This document shows positions 1 through 14,200 of a stretch of 64,000 bases of DNA, piece by piece. A model generated the notes under the pieces. The model did not search any database and was not told the DNA's origin. It saw only the letters and a program-made list of their open reading frames with translations. Every line of letters begins with the position of its first letter. Positions within the stretch are counted from its first letter, which is position 1. This stretch comes from Phallusia mammillata. Taxonomy: Eukaryota. The stretch is from assembly GCA_965637545.1 (NCBI GenBank), contig OZ281500.1, positions 5,022,001-5,086,000 on the forward strand. The letters run 5' to 3'. Position numbers and translations under genes: made by a program.

Positions 1-619
1 AGCTTTGTAGTTTTCTGATTTCGCCGCTGCTATCTAGCTTACTCAGCCAAACTGCAACTGCAAAATAAGCGTGACTGTCAGGTAATCAAAATCGTTGCTT
101 AAAAAAACAGGGTCCAATTTCTAAAGAACTAAATCTCTTGCTGAAGCGGTAATCCTACTGTTAAGTTGCGCAAAGTCACGAATGCACTAAAGGTGGTAAC
201 TGCAGAAGGCATAAATTGTGCCTGGCAAGTAACAAATTACCCTAATAACATAACTCGATTTACATCGATCTAATGTTTTTGACAAACTATTACGTGTTTG
301 GCGGATCAAAGCAACACAACATTACACGTTTTTAACACTTTTACATTGTTCAAATGCAAAAACAGTTTGATATGTTGCACTTAGTGCTGTTACCATTTAG
401 CAAGAAACTGCTATCAGCGTCCTAGCCGGAACGTAACTTTCCGATTGTTAGCGCATAAACCTCCTTATTAAACCCTTGTTACGTCACAATTGGCGATTAG
501 ATAACAAGCGAATACAAGAGACTGAAGGCTCACGTCTTTGAGATAACGACTCCCTGTTATCACGCAGTGGTAAACGGAACGATTTTGGCCTATTTAATTT
601 ACGCACAACTTTTTGAAAA

Positions 620-679
620 GGGGGGGGGGTCCGGACCCCCAACCCCCCCCCCCCCCCCCCCCCCTTGGATACGCCACTG
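620..679 (-). mobile_element. MITE terminus with poly-G/poly-C tracts (CAGTGGCGTATCC-type end)
   Basis: Reverse strand reads CAGTGGCGTATCCAAGG-(G)n-TTGGGGGTCCGGACCCCCCC, a common invertebrate hAT-like non-autonomous element end; partner end and TSD not located. Confidence 0.4.
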
Positions 680-2007
680 GGTGGTACACAGTAAGAGTGC
701 TTGAGAACCACTGCCTTACCTAAAATCACTCAGTACATTGCCCGCTAAACAGATATAGGTAAACGTAAACCGTGAAGTTAAGTATGCAACTATTTTTGTT
801 AAAAACGTCTTATTGTACTTTGTTAAACCCTTGGTTATTGCACTTTCAAATTAATTTTGAAACTGCCGTCGTTTTGTGAAATATGTCTTTCTTTGTGCGT
901 TGACTTCTTTTAGATGTTATCTATTAGCCAACTTGTCGCGTATGAATCTTGCTCAACAGGTTAACGTTTCGTGTCAAGGCTTTTAAAGGGCACAACGTCA
1001 TTTTTGCGAAGTTTGTGTCTAAAATTTTACATTTCCGACTTCAACCAAAACTTGCATGTCGAAAGGGTAAAATGGATACTCATTGGAAAAAGTATTTAGA
1101 TTTTATGTCTGGGAACAACGTTCTTTGCTATCTGTGATAATTGCTCATGATACTATTGGCAAGATTCCTTACTATTAATATACCATGAAATTCCAACACA
1201 ACCTGCGATACTATCATAGAGGAACGTCGTATATCATATAACCACGGCTATACCCCGTGCAAATTGCCTGGTTCACAACCTTGTCTTGTTTATTACTACC
1301 TTTGTGCACTTAAAAGCGTGTGAACGAGCCCTACAGTGCTGCACATTCTTATCTTATTCCCTCGCAGTAGCAAAGGCTCTTGTGCGGGCATTTCTAGGTG
1401 TGTCATTTCGAAAACCGCAGACAAGTTCGGAAAGGCTTGGACTTTATTGTTGCGCTAAGCACCGCTTTGAACAAAACCTCACCGCAGCACGCATTGGTAT
1501 AAAGATCCTTTTAAAGGTTTAAAGGACACGCAGCGAGCGTTTGTGTGGATTTGGCGAAAGTTCATTTTCTTTTACCAAGCTCCTTGATAGTAACCAGAGC
1601 GTAATTTGGAACGTAACTGCCCGAGAACGCTTTAACTATCCCTGTTACAATTTTAAACGTTCATATTAAAATATTTACTTTAAACCTGTATATTAGGTGA
1701 TTTTTTCGTACACTAGGTTGGGAAAAGGTCTTTACAAATGAAACGAAAAGAATAATTCCTAAATTATTTCACACACGAAAGAAAATATCTTTCTAACTGT
1801 CTTATTTATGCTAATGATTATGTCGTCAAACTGTTTACGTATAGTTTGTTTAAATTGGTAGTCTTATAGTGAATCGGTGTCACAAGTTTCGCCGTACTAT
1901 TGCACGAGATAAGTGTGGTTGAGGTAAGGTTCGAACCCACGATCTTACAAGAACGTGGACGGTTGCGTTTCGATTTATTTGACAAATTTGTTGTTCAACT
2001 GGTGATG

Positions 2008-2699
2008 CTAATAGTTGTTTTTTGCGAAGTTTTTTCCAGAACGGAAATGCTTTTTCAGAGCAATAAATTGAAATATTTCAAACACAAGCGAAAACTCGTT
2101 CCCACAAGTTCTTGAAAAAGAATTAATATGTTGTTTAGCACCACACCAGTTAAACGACAAATTTAGTAAATATGCAACCATGTGGACGAAACGCTTGTTC
2201 GGTATTTTTAGTATTAACAGCTATTAGCGTCGGAGCCCACACTTTTATTAAATGCTTGTATTACACAGCAAAAAATACAGTGAAACGACACAGTTTACCT
2301 GTTGCCTTGTTCAAGATAGTGGTCATTAGTCTTCGCGTTTCGTTTACGTCTGAAAAACTGTACAGTCTCCATCGTTTCGTCGCCGTTCGTGATATTCAGC
2401 GCAAAAACGTCGTTGGTACGTTTCCTTGTCACCGTGAAGGCATAAAAACCGTCAAGTGGGACAACAAACTCACCACAGACGCGACTGTGAGATTTTACGA
2501 TGAGCTTAGTGCTGTATCCGTCTCCTGTAGCAACGTCCATAGCCAAAACACTTCCAACGGTCTTTCGAGTTTTTGTTAAATTTCGGCCAGGATTTGATGC
2601 TGGAATTGCGGCTGATTGATCAGAAAATTCCCCAAGTCCGTGAACAAAAGTCAAGGCTGTTGCGAACAAACACAACTTCAAGTGGATACTTCTCCACAT
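2008..2699 (-). CDS. Orphan secreted protein (~167 aa), two exons, weak C1q/TNF-like motif
   Basis: Exon 1 2699-2299 (ATG, signal-peptide-like MWRSIHLKLCLFATALTFVHG, donor CAG|GTAAAC); exon 2 2110-2008 (acceptor TTTTTCAAG|, phase-compatible, RTCGNEFSLVFEIFQFIAL...NNY*). Motif FVVPLDGFYAFTV resembles the C1q F-x-x-P-x-x-G-x-Y-x-F strand. Exon 2 is less certain than exon 1. Confidence 0.5.
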
Positions 2700-4880
2700 T
2701 GTGTAACCCTAAGCGTTAGTTTATTCGCGCGGGTTTGTACAGCTGCGGAAAAAGGCTACTGATTATTACTTTGACAAACACATGTCATCAAACATAGTTC
2801 ACAAAACATGCAACATAATACTTGCCACTTGTCAATGATTACCAGAAGTTAGTTACAAAACATGTGTCAAATGCTAACTACGCTTATTACGTTTATGGCA
2901 TCCAAAAGATGCCTATGACTGTGCACGTGCGCCAAGTGGAATTAACGCCTATACCAAATCACGTTCATCATCACAAGGCTTTTAAAAACTTGACTTTTAT
3001 CCATATTTATCCCCAAGCAATGCGAAATTGGCCTCTTTTTACCCCGGTTGAGACCTATGCTTTAAAGTTTAAACTAACTGGGGACTAATGCTGTATGAAC
3101 TGAGTTAAACAAGGGATTCATACATTGAACATCTGTGATAACCTAACAACATTCTCGCTTTTTAACTGTTCACAAAGCTACGAAAGTTTTCCAAACATAC
3201 TCTGTAGCTTTTTGTAAAGTTGTCAGTCTATCTACCCAAGAAAAATCATTTGTGAACATGTTTTGAACTGACTAGTGAAATATTGGTCAACTGTAAGACG
3301 GTACAACATTTAAACTGTAAATTTATGCTTTGTCATTTAAAAAAATGTCAGACGCGACAAACTGTTTCTTTGCTTACTTGCCCTTTATCATCAAAAATCG
3401 TTTTATTGCACCCTCTGTAAGCACTCGTAACCTCTAGTAGCCAGCACTCTGCCAAATCGCTAGACATACTTTCTCTCATGGGCGTGACCCTTTAGGCCGA
3501 ACTTGGCGGTATACCATCGCCCATAGAGTTATTTATGGCCGACTGTCCCGTCGCCTTAATACACATATTCGCAAGATTTACTGATGTCTATGTTTGCTCG
3601 CACAGTATGAGCAAGGACAGTCTTCAAACTCAAACGCTACTTCAAATATATCTCCGTTATGGCAAAATCCTTTACACGGTATGAGGCATGCCGTTCACAG
3701 TTGGTGCTGTTGTCCCGCTGGTTATGTTGATTGTGGTATGGTTTACAGTACAACACCAAGGCAACCCGTTAAATATGCCTAATATTTTGTCTGGTTAAAA
3801 ACGTGCCAAATTTCCCATTTAATTGATTGTATAAGATTAGTATGAACGATTTTTTGTGGTAGTGGATTTATATCTTATTAACAACAGGATATAACGTTTA
3901 ATGTAATTTAATGTTTGTTTGAAATACTGCTGGGTTATGCACACAGAGATAAGAATCAAATCTTTTAATCTAACTTCCTACCAACAGATGAAAGCAAAGG
4001 CGATACATTGTTGCCACGTTAACCTTTGGACCTTGTAGTATAAATAAGGCTCAAAACGACTTAGCAACGTTAATTGCTTTTTTAGCCAGCTTTGTACAGT
4101 CAACAACAAAAACATATATTGTAATTGCAAAACGCAAAGAAGCAATGTTTTCGCAGACTAAAAATTTTTATTTTTAGCAATCAAGGCTAATTTGTTTGTA
4201 CATTGCTGGTGACCAAAAGCTCTCATTGCTCGTTTTCACTGTCTAACTATAAATAAAAGGACAGTCTTGTTTTTATCTAAAACCTGCAAACGCATAACTT
4301 GCTCTAAAACTAAAAGAAAATGCTACGTTTAACTGTCTGAAACTGATCTCCAAACGTTCTTTAAACGTTCTAAATTCCACTTACACTTGCAGCTGTCATG
4401 AAGCTGGAACAGTAACTAAATATTCTTAAGTAAAACCAGTTACCGGTATCCCAACCATTTGTTTGTTCGTCGATTGCGTAACCTACGCGCGTTCGCGGCG
4501 GATTGTGACGCCAGAGCCTTTGTGATGCAAGTGTCGATGACCCGGTTTTGGCCAAAGGAGGGAAGTGCCTGTTGCCATATTACGTGAACTTGTTCGGTTT
4601 GTTGCTATAACAACGCCCCACTTGTGTATTGGACTATTGGTTCTGTGGTATTAGTTTTGTAAAGGCGACAGATATGGCTAAGAAGTGCCACGTTGGTGGG
4701 CTTTGCTTGTCCTTGCCGCAGTTTGACCTTTTTATGACTTTGTCGTGACGCAGTTAGTTGGTTGTGGTTATAGTCACAAAAACTGTAACTTCAAATTGTA
4801 CTGTTGTACACATTTTTTATTCTTTTAAGGATTTTGTAGCATAAAGGCATTAAGGCAATAAATGATTAGCAGCAGACAGT

Positions 4881-4994
4881 GCACACTGTTTCGACATACA
4901 ATGTCTCACAAGTGCAGCTAGTTACAAGAGATAGCTTGCCTTTTCTCTTGTCACTAGCTGCATTGATGAGAACTTATAGGTCGAAACAGTGTGC
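4881..4994. repeat. ~114-bp imperfect palindrome (fold-back element)
   Basis: Outer arms GCACACTGTTTCGAC / GTCGAAACAGTGTGC (15/15); inner arms TGCAGCTAGT.ACAAGAGA / TCTCTTGT.ACTAGCTGCA. Confidence 0.8.
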
Positions 4995-7490
4995 GCCGAT
5001 TTTATAATGGTCATTGCAATTTTCAAGGCAAAAAAGGAAACCTTTCAAAACGAAATCAATAGGAGTATTTATAAATCGTTCACAGCGTCCACATATTAGC
5101 ATATACAACTTCACGTCGATACCTTGTACTTGAACTCAACAAACTGAGCTCTCAAGATCAGTAGTTTCGCTTGAAAAAACGTTAAGGATGTTTATTCTTC
5201 TACACAAACTTGCTTTGTCTTGTTCAAGCACCTACTCTCTATGCTGTGTATATACGCTACTCGTCTACATGCAAATACTCCATTTGTTTGTACGGTACTC
5301 CGTAACACTCTTCAGCTACTAAATACCCAGCATGTTTAGTAGGGATAGGAATTTGTTAACATAACTATTTCTGTATTAGGAGTTTTAAACACGTGTTGGA
5401 CATATATTGCCCGGTTTAGATACAGGAATGAATGCATGATTTCTTGTTCGGTCAAATTTTAAAAGCTTTAACATGAAGAGCATTAGGAAAGTAAACACTT
5501 ATCGAGTTGAAATGATTCATACTGGTTTGTAAAAGAATTAATCGACTGATTTGGACTTTTGAGGCACTTTTGAAAGACGTAAAAAGCCTCTACATTTACA
5601 ACACCAATATATTTGCAGTTTTTAAAAAAATATTGGAGACTTTAAAAAAATTGACACCTTGACTTAAATGCTTGTTCCAGTTTCTGTGTACAAGATCTTT
5701 TGAAAAGGCTCTTTCTACAACGACTTTTTTAATATTAAAAAGAATGCTAAATTCTGCATCTAACTGTTTTGTCAATTCAATTTTCATGAATGCGTCAACA
5801 TTTAACTAAACTTCATTAAAAAAAACGGACGATCATAGACGATTTTCACTTGCTTGGTTGTTGGCATTTTGGTTACCCAGGATTGGTGTAACTTACAGAT
5901 ACACTAAACCATCGCGTTAACAAGGAACAGTAGCTTATCCTGATCACTGATCCCGAAAATCTGTGACTTTGTATTATATACAGGCTTACATCCCTTTATA
6001 TGTTGAAAGATTTGCCATAAACGATCGGTTTCGGATTTAGTAGGTTTACGGAAATGCTTTACCTATAGTGCGAGAAATGAATACACTGGTTTAAGTTAAG
6101 ATGTGCATAAATTCTATACAGCACGTACACTCACATACAAATTATAGTACATTAGACCCATTGAAGGCGTTATACCGAATAAACCGGTCACCCAGCATTC
6201 CCACATTTAATGTTTTTTTACCCACTAACGTTCTCATGTATTTTAAATGGTATATTTTGTTTAAACTACTTTTCCCAATTGTTTATTGCCACTGATTCGT
6301 AACACAAACATCTGAAACTTTGTCAACACGGAAACTAGACAATAAGCGCAGCGATCCGTTTGAAACCTCACTTAAGTTTCCACAAATTGGAGTAGGTAGG
6401 GAAAACATGGGCCTCAGTGTGCTAATTACTTATCAACGGCGTACCCTAAAATTCTTGTTTTCTATTGAATATCAGCGTGTATTTGTAATTTATACTGACA
6501 TAAAAAAACGTTTGTACTGTTTTACGCCAAATTTACATTAACCAATTTTTTTCGTGTTGTCTTTTTACACACAAAAAGTTTACTGCATTGTAATGCGAAC
6601 CTTGCTTTGCTGGTAAATGTAAGAGTCACGTTACTGCTTGGTTTTACTATCTGTCAATGTCGTATCCCCGACACTATGTCAAAAATCTGATCTAATCAGC
6701 TGAAAGAAAAACACTATGCTTGGTATAATGGACTTTTGTTCTCTTTCACAAACAGAGGTTTCATCTGCGTTAAAGTAAATGTCTGTGGCTTACAGACTCG
6801 TTGTTTGGGCAAAGACTCTCATTGTGAAATCCTGGGCTACTGATTAGGAAATAGATAACAGGAGATCAGGCGGCTGTAAGAACTGACAATACGGTTTTTC
6901 GCATTAAGATCAATTAAATTCTGGTTTTTGTCCATGTTATCGATCAATACACTTGTGGTTTTTGAGCGTGTCGTAACATTAACAAGTTTTGCATCGAAGA
7001 ACAATTGTAAATATTATCAAGGGCCTGCGCCTGCCATTAATTGTTTAGTTGTAAACATAAAATGGTTTAGAAAGTTGATTTAAATTAAAATTACAAAAAT
7101 TTAGGGCTGAGGTTGTCTTTGCTTAGTTAACTTGTATATTTCTCGAAGATTTCCAAGTGTATAGTAACTTAAAAAGCAGGTTCCAAAACTTCTAAAAAAA
7201 GCAAATATTTCGAAGAAGCCCTTTTTTGCAGTGTAATGCACATTTAAAAACCTGTTTCAAGCCCCAAAATAATAAGATTATATTTCAGAAAACTTGTACA
7301 TTCAGTACAGAGGTCAACAGAATTTTAACGGCTATAACAAAACCCCTTCAATGTCCAAAATAGAATGTGTTTGAATCCAATTTCTAGATCATTAAATCGC
7401 GTTTCAAATAGAAAACCAATACCTACCGAGCAAAAGTTTGATCAAGCTGGCAATCAAATAAAGCTGTAAAGTTAACAGCACCATTTATAG

Positions 7491-7600
7491 CACTGGTTCT
7501 CAACCTGTGGTACGCGAACCAGTAGCGATACATCGGAACTTTGCGTTGGTACGCGAGTAGCTTTCTAACCCAACTGATATGCCCTGATTTGGGACAAAAT
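7491..7600 (+). mobile_element. hAT-type MITE fragment (same family as 47550-47697)
   Basis: Starts CACTGGTTCTCAACCTGTGGTACGCG...GGTACGCGAGTAGCTTTCT; matches the reverse complement of 47550-47697. Confidence 0.65.
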
Positions 7601-8239
7601 TTATGTTTTAGACATTTTTCTGAAGCTGTAAAACTTGCTGGTTTCAGAATTATGCTGGCCTGGTTGATCAAAACAGGCCAATATCATGGTCCACCCGTTG
7701 AAAAAGGGTTTTGGTGGTATTCAGCAATAGAAAAAATACGCGATCAGTTTAAGGTTGATGACCTTTGATTTATTTCATGTATAAATACCCGAAATTACGA
7801 AGTGTTTAAACTAGATTTTCTCCCACTTAAGTATCAAACATACTTCGCATAATTTAACACTCCCGACAGGGGACAAACATTCTCGATAATAAACTACCTG
7901 CACCTGACCCAGCCCTAACCACACCCACTTGGTCTTTGTTACGTCATTGACCTCGTGACTTCTCGTGTCAACACTGGCATTTTTTATCCCACAGTCAATG
8001 TATAAGTGTTTCCTTTGTGTAACTGTTCAGCATCTGAAACACCTTGGGCATTGCGTTTCGCAATGTGTGTTTACGTTCCGCCAGAAAATGTGACGAAAGT
8101 AACACTTAAGCATATATTTTTCGTGTTAGTAACTTTCGTATATATTTAGACGTATTTTGTTTATACGGCAATCTATTTAACATTTTTATCACTATGTATT
8201 TTGTTTTTACCTCTTACTAACATATATATCTTGTAATAG

Positions 8240-11200
8240 GTGCAAAGCATTGAGTGGCGGCCGAACGACACCACGTGCTTGCTCAGCGGGGCGTGCGACG
8301 GGTAAGTCACGTGTTTGATAAATTATTGACGTCACCAGTGTTTTTTTAAGGTGTTTTGGGTGCCAAATTTCTCCAGCGGTTTCCCAAAATTAAATATGGC
8401 TAATTTTTGGTATTTAAATGAAACACTTGCGGTCTCTTAAAACTACTTAGCGGTCACCCAAACCAAACCTTAAAAAAAACCTGGACGTCACCATTGGTAA
8501 AGTAAGTTTTGATGTATTTTTTACACGTAGCATGCGATATGAGATAGCAAGGCCATAAAACTATTTTTGACTGTCACCACTGACTATCCTTAAATTTGCC
8601 CACGCATAACAAAGCGACCCATAGCGTTAAAAGATTTAAGATACACTGACATTCCGACAATGTCAGCACTTTTGGCCAAAAATGTAAGGGTAATTGTCCT
8701 GTGTTAAGCTACATCCTATTACTGAAGCGCTAATAAGAATTACAGTTTTAAGGAGAATAACATATATTTTGTATTCCATGTTGTTAACGTTTGTGGTGCT
8801 TATTTAAACTTATTTATGCTAGCAGTCTTGAGAATTAAAAAAATGCAAAAAGTGCTTGCTCTTTCAAATAAAGTCATGTGTGTGCTAATGCTATTTTATA
8901 AACACCATTTGATCACTATCGATGAAAATTACTATTTTAAGACTTTTCTTTTACGTATTATTTGAGCTATGAAGTGATCAGAAATCCTCTTTTAGCGTCT
9001 TGACATTAATCCTTGAGTGACACCATTCTTTGTGTACAAATTCCACTTAATTTGTTAACTGGGACGTTTTATGACAATCTTAACCTGATATAACACCCAC
9101 AATAAACACATAAACACGTCCATTTTTTTCACGAAAAAAATTCAAAAAAAAACTGTGTTACAACCCAGGGGGGAATATCGAAAACGTATTCGCAGTGCCA
9201 GCAAATTTATAACATATGGTATTTAGAGGTAATAATATGTGCCTTTTCTGTGTTAATTCATTTTGTTGTGTACTTACAACAATCTAAAAATTGTCACAAC
9301 AGACCAGCAGCCCAATACAACCAACAAGCAACACATTGGTTAACCAAAAGTCCTACGTCTTGCTATGCAAAGTCATTGTATTCACAATGTAGTGGGCTCT
9401 AATCCCCACACGTTTGTCTACGTTGACAAGCCTATTAGCGTTGGTCATGGTTTAGAATGAAGCTTTAGCTGTATTGCAACGAACTGATAACATATACAAC
9501 CTTGATAAAACAAACCAACATATCAACAAGTCTATCAAATACCACGACTTGATTCAATGCTAACAACCTTTTTTGGCTGTAAAAGTGGCATCATACTCGT
9601 TTTTAAATATTCTCTGCAAAAACCACAAGGTAATATCCCTGTATAGAAAAAATCATGACGTTTCGACAAATCATCATTACCCAGTAAAACGCAAGTTAAC
9701 TATGACTTATATGTTGACTTTTTCTGTCTTTCAATAAAAGCAAAACGCTAATGTAACATTTTCCCAATGCAGCACTTTCCTTTTTACTCCACTTAAACTG
9801 TGGCGTCGGTTAAAACACACGAAGGCTGCATTTCCAGGCCAAACTACTTGCACCGTCTTATTGCTGCAAGTGAAAATGCCTTTTACCTACTTTTCATCTT
9901 CCGCTAAAACGGTTTTGGTCGACGCGGTTTTAGTCGTGTGGCGAAACTTCAGCGAAGACAGATCGCTCGTGCAGTCATTCTGGCTCTGTTTGGCCTCCCT
10001 CAAAACCAGGTCGCCCTTTTTTCAGTCCACTTTACGCAAAACTGAAAAGCAATTACTGCGCCTTTTTTTCTATATTTGTACGCCAACCAACCGAATTTTG
10101 ACTTGCTAGGTTTGTTCATGTATATACAGTATATGTACTAACAACTTTTTTAACATTTTTCAATTTTTTTGCTAAAATGTCTGTTTGAAGACGGAATTTG
10201 CCAGTAAATTTAGTGGTGTTTGATTTTTCTTCATATTTCTGTAGTGTACGTTATAACGCCCAGAGAAAGCCATACAAAGAACAATTTCAAAATCTAAGAC
10301 CACCTGTAAACTGCTTTGTAAGTCTCGCAAAAGTTTTTCGTCTATGACGTCACAATAGAAACAAATTGACGTATTTTCAAAAACATGGTGTATATTCGAA
10401 GTAAATAATTGTTGGCGACTAGTTTAGAACGAAAATAATTTTGGGTAATTTTGGTGGCATGGGAAAAAGTAGGAACCTGTCCAGTAGTGTAAACCGGAAG
10501 TAAATGACGGAAAAAAAGTTCAAATCAGCTTTATAAGTCGTTTGCTCCACCACTTGATCCAATTGGAGAACTGCCTGTTCTCAAAATACCCCTACATGTA
10601 AATGTCGTATTTAACCACTAAACAGGCCGGTATATTTTGTTTTAATCTTTCTAGCCAAACCGGTAATTTAATTTTGTCGGTGGAAGCAATACAGGACGTC
10701 TACTAGTGCCAAACAGGGTGAATTGTTAACATTTGGTGCTGATATGGATTTAACCTAATTTCAACGCGATTGATTGCTGGGTATTTGGCATTTGACGAAA
10801 AGAGAAATTTCGTTTCACTTGAGGGGGTACGTGCAAGTAACTTACATATGTAAGTAACTTACATACCAAACATATGTTATGGGGAGAAACATTGCACCCA
10901 TTGCCTTCTGCTATTTCGGCAACAACAGGTGCGGCCCAGAAATTTGGCAAAGATACTGTTTCTGGATTGTAGACCTGAATACTTTCCTGCAAGCCATATA
11001 GGCTATAGATGCATTGTAGCATTTATATTCACTGATGTTTCGGAAAGGGTTTCGTCTTTGGCAAGCTTACGGTGTTTGGTGCCGTGTTTAATGAAACTCA
11101 ATTTGTTAACCCAATAACGAGACAGAACTTTATTTTTTTCACGACTCGTATTGATTTGTTGGACGAAAACCTTACATTCCATGGATTTTCATAATGTATA

Positions 11201-14200
11201 GGCTTGTCTAATTGGACAATTTGGCCACTTAACCATTGAGCCTAATTTAGAGGCCCAAATCCCTTTTTCGGGTGCAAGTTGTGTTGACCCTAAATATAGG
11301 CCCCGATTACTATTGTGATAACTGACCATATATGTTGTGTCGATTGCTCTGACGTCATTTCGCTGTAACGAGCTTGAGGGTGTAGCATTTCAACCTATAG
11401 TTTACAATACACCTTCCCATAACATAGAGTGTTCCATGCACAAACATAAGGCCATGGTTAAGTAATGGAGTTAGCCCAATGAAGCGAAAACGGCACGCGT
11501 CATAGGGCCCAGATTCATGTTTGGTTAACCCGGGTATTAACAACTTAAACCGGGGATTAGTTTCACTCTTGCGGCCGCCTCCGGTACGCATAGTTGCACA
11601 CCGTAACCTCATTGGATTTTTGCGGATAATTAACATAATCCCCTAACCAGGTCCACGTTGAGGCACAAATAGGGTTAGGTGGTTTGTTTGTTTGTTTTAT
11701 TACATTACTGAACGCTAGGCTTGCAAATTTTGCAAGTTCAAACATGTAGCTGTTTTCGACTAAACCATGTTTCTATGCCGGGGTTTGAACCTGCGATCTT
11801 GGAGAAAACCAAACATTCGAAATTTTCTAGCCAATGCCTTGTTGCTGCGTGTAAGCCTTTGAACAGATATATTTGCTACTGTGTAACCTTTTTACCTTAA
11901 AAATGCCATAATGCCAGGCCTGCGGAAATGTTTTAATAATAAACACGCGTTGTATATTACAAACGATGACGTTTTTTGTCGACATTTATATGGAGTCGCT
12001 TATCATTTTGTCCGAGTGGGCTTAAAAGTTATAGAATTACATTACTTTTACATTACATTGCAAACCTACCATTCACACGCCTTTAGAGTTTAAGATCAAC
12101 ATAAAATGCACATCTTGGATCAGCCCTGAAGCGCCTATGTCCATTTAGCATTTAGGCCATTAACAAAGGTGGCAGTAATAAAACTGACAAGGCGGTTCGT
12201 TAAAGTTTGGTTGTAAATCATACCAATGCGAACCTAAACCTGATGTTAAACACGTGTGTTGCCGACCTTGAAAGCATAAGCTTACTCTGTAAATACTTGG
12301 TGGCTATTCGTCATAAAGGGCGTACGGAATGGAATGTGAAAAATATTGCTTGCAGGCAAATGTCCTATTGTGATGGGAACACGCCATGTCGTGACTTATA
12401 CCAAAACTATTGTCTAATACATGTTTGGTTTCCCTTAACGTTACGGCCCCCACAGCGACTGATGACTAAAAATCAACTTTGGCGTTGTCTGGTTGTATGG
12501 AATGAAAATACACTGGTTGGGACGATATTGGAGTGCTGAGGCACCACAGCTAAAGTTGACAATTGTGATCAACAAACACCACATCACTGCAAGCAGTCTC
12601 GAGACATGCCCTACCTAGTTTGGCGGTTTCTCGCTCTTTTGGGCTGCTTTTCGACACCAGGTTGCGGTTTTTAGGGCAAAGCCTTCTCTGTTCAAAACAG
12701 TTAACATGTAATCATATGTCCCGTTAAAAGTTGTCATATTTTGGGGCTATTTTTTGCGGCTTGGCGTTTTTTAAATATTTGACTTGGCAACTCGGTCCAT
12801 CGTACTGAAAACTCATTTGCTTGTTTGCCCATAGTCAGTTCACAGTGAGCTTGTTGCTATTAACCGTAACAAACAGTTAAAGCTTCTTTGAAGCCAAACC
12901 ATGCTTACGACTAATGTATTCACGTTATTTATACGTTTCTTGATGATCTCAGGCCACACATATTTTGCTTCCAAAACCGTTTTATGCGTTAACAAGCCAA
13001 AACTACAACAAATTGAATGAGATTTCATGCTAACGTTACAAGCACTCAATTCCACTTAACCGGTTCCTTTCTGTTAAAATGAGTGATTACTCACTGACGG
13101 CCTGTTTGCACTGCACAGCACAGAATTGCAAAGGCTTAGTGGCTGTTGAAACCCAACTTCAACGAGCGACCAGCCATCAATAGGTTATTTGTATTGATGA
13201 ACATTCTATGCATGCCCCTAATGCATTACCGCAGCTACTCTACCTCTATAGGTACGTGCCAAATGCACTGAAGGATTAGGTCGGATTTCGTTGCTAAGTA
13301 GGTTTTGGAGGTTCTAAAAGTCTTTGGAATGTGTTCTTGATTACTGTATCTAGATTCTATGCAGGAGGTCTGCATTGGTTTTAAACGTTTTGTTCTGCAA
13401 TGGTGTACCAAGTAGGTTTCGTACGAATGACAAAATCATTACCGCAAAGTGATAAATAAACGGGACTGGTTTCTTTAAAATTACCCCCTACTTACTAAAT
13501 CGTACTACGACAGGCGTACTGAGGCGTTATTCCGAATAAGCCGGTCCTCAAGTATTCCTAAATGACAAGGCGTATGCTAGCAAAAAGGGTGCCTACTGAA
13601 TTTTCAACGCTATTTTGAGACTTGCTGCCCTAACCAGTGTTGAGTTTTATCTTGTTTCTATAAACCTTAAACCAAGTATGGATCCACAATCTAAAACGCA
13701 CTAAATTGTACTTGGTTAAAACAATGTGGTATAACAGATACTTGCGATCTTTCAAATTGCATAAAAAAATTAGCAAAGAAAAGTGTTGCCCTGATGGGGA
13801 TGTTTCGTATAAAATGTCCAAATGTTGGTATATCTGACAGAAAATTTGATTTTGGTAATGAAAGTATCGAACATGTTATCATATGATCAGTAAACCGGAT
13901 CAACTCAAAGTTCGTGACTAGACACATTGCTGTATTACACGTCAACGTGGGTGTTATTCGTGGGAAATAACAAACATTTAAAGCCTATTTGGTGGTTTTA
14001 GGGATTAATAAATGCTGTGTTTCGTCGTCAATCCGGTCTAACATCTGATAGAATTTCTAGTACAAAGTGCACTATTTCCTTTTCTTAGATTTTTCAATTG
14101 CACAAGCATAACAAACCTAATCCTACACAAAAGAGTATTTATTATGTAATTGAATAAATGTGTGGAAAATGGATTTTTGGGACAGACTTACCTAATGCTC

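Noticed and set aside
484-729. 81-aa ORF with poly-Gly
   Set aside because: Produced by the homopolymer tract of a repeat end.
1920-1945. GTTCGAACCC B-box suggesting a tRNA gene (similar motif near 11780)
   Set aside because: No cloverleaf or matching A-box spacing; at most SINE debris.
3400-4800. GC-richer minus-strand stretches that could be decayed secreted-protein genes
   Set aside because: No frame gave a recognisable domain or a consistent exon chain.
6660-6960. FNADET motif suggesting a pogo-type DDE transposase remnant
   Set aside because: Only six residues, surrounded by stops, with no other DDE motifs.
12200-12760. Minus-strand segment (GTYDYMLTV...FAL; GNQTC) faintly like the 2008-2699 protein
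   Set aside because: Multiple stops, no clear start, and the similarity is too short to separate from chance by eye.
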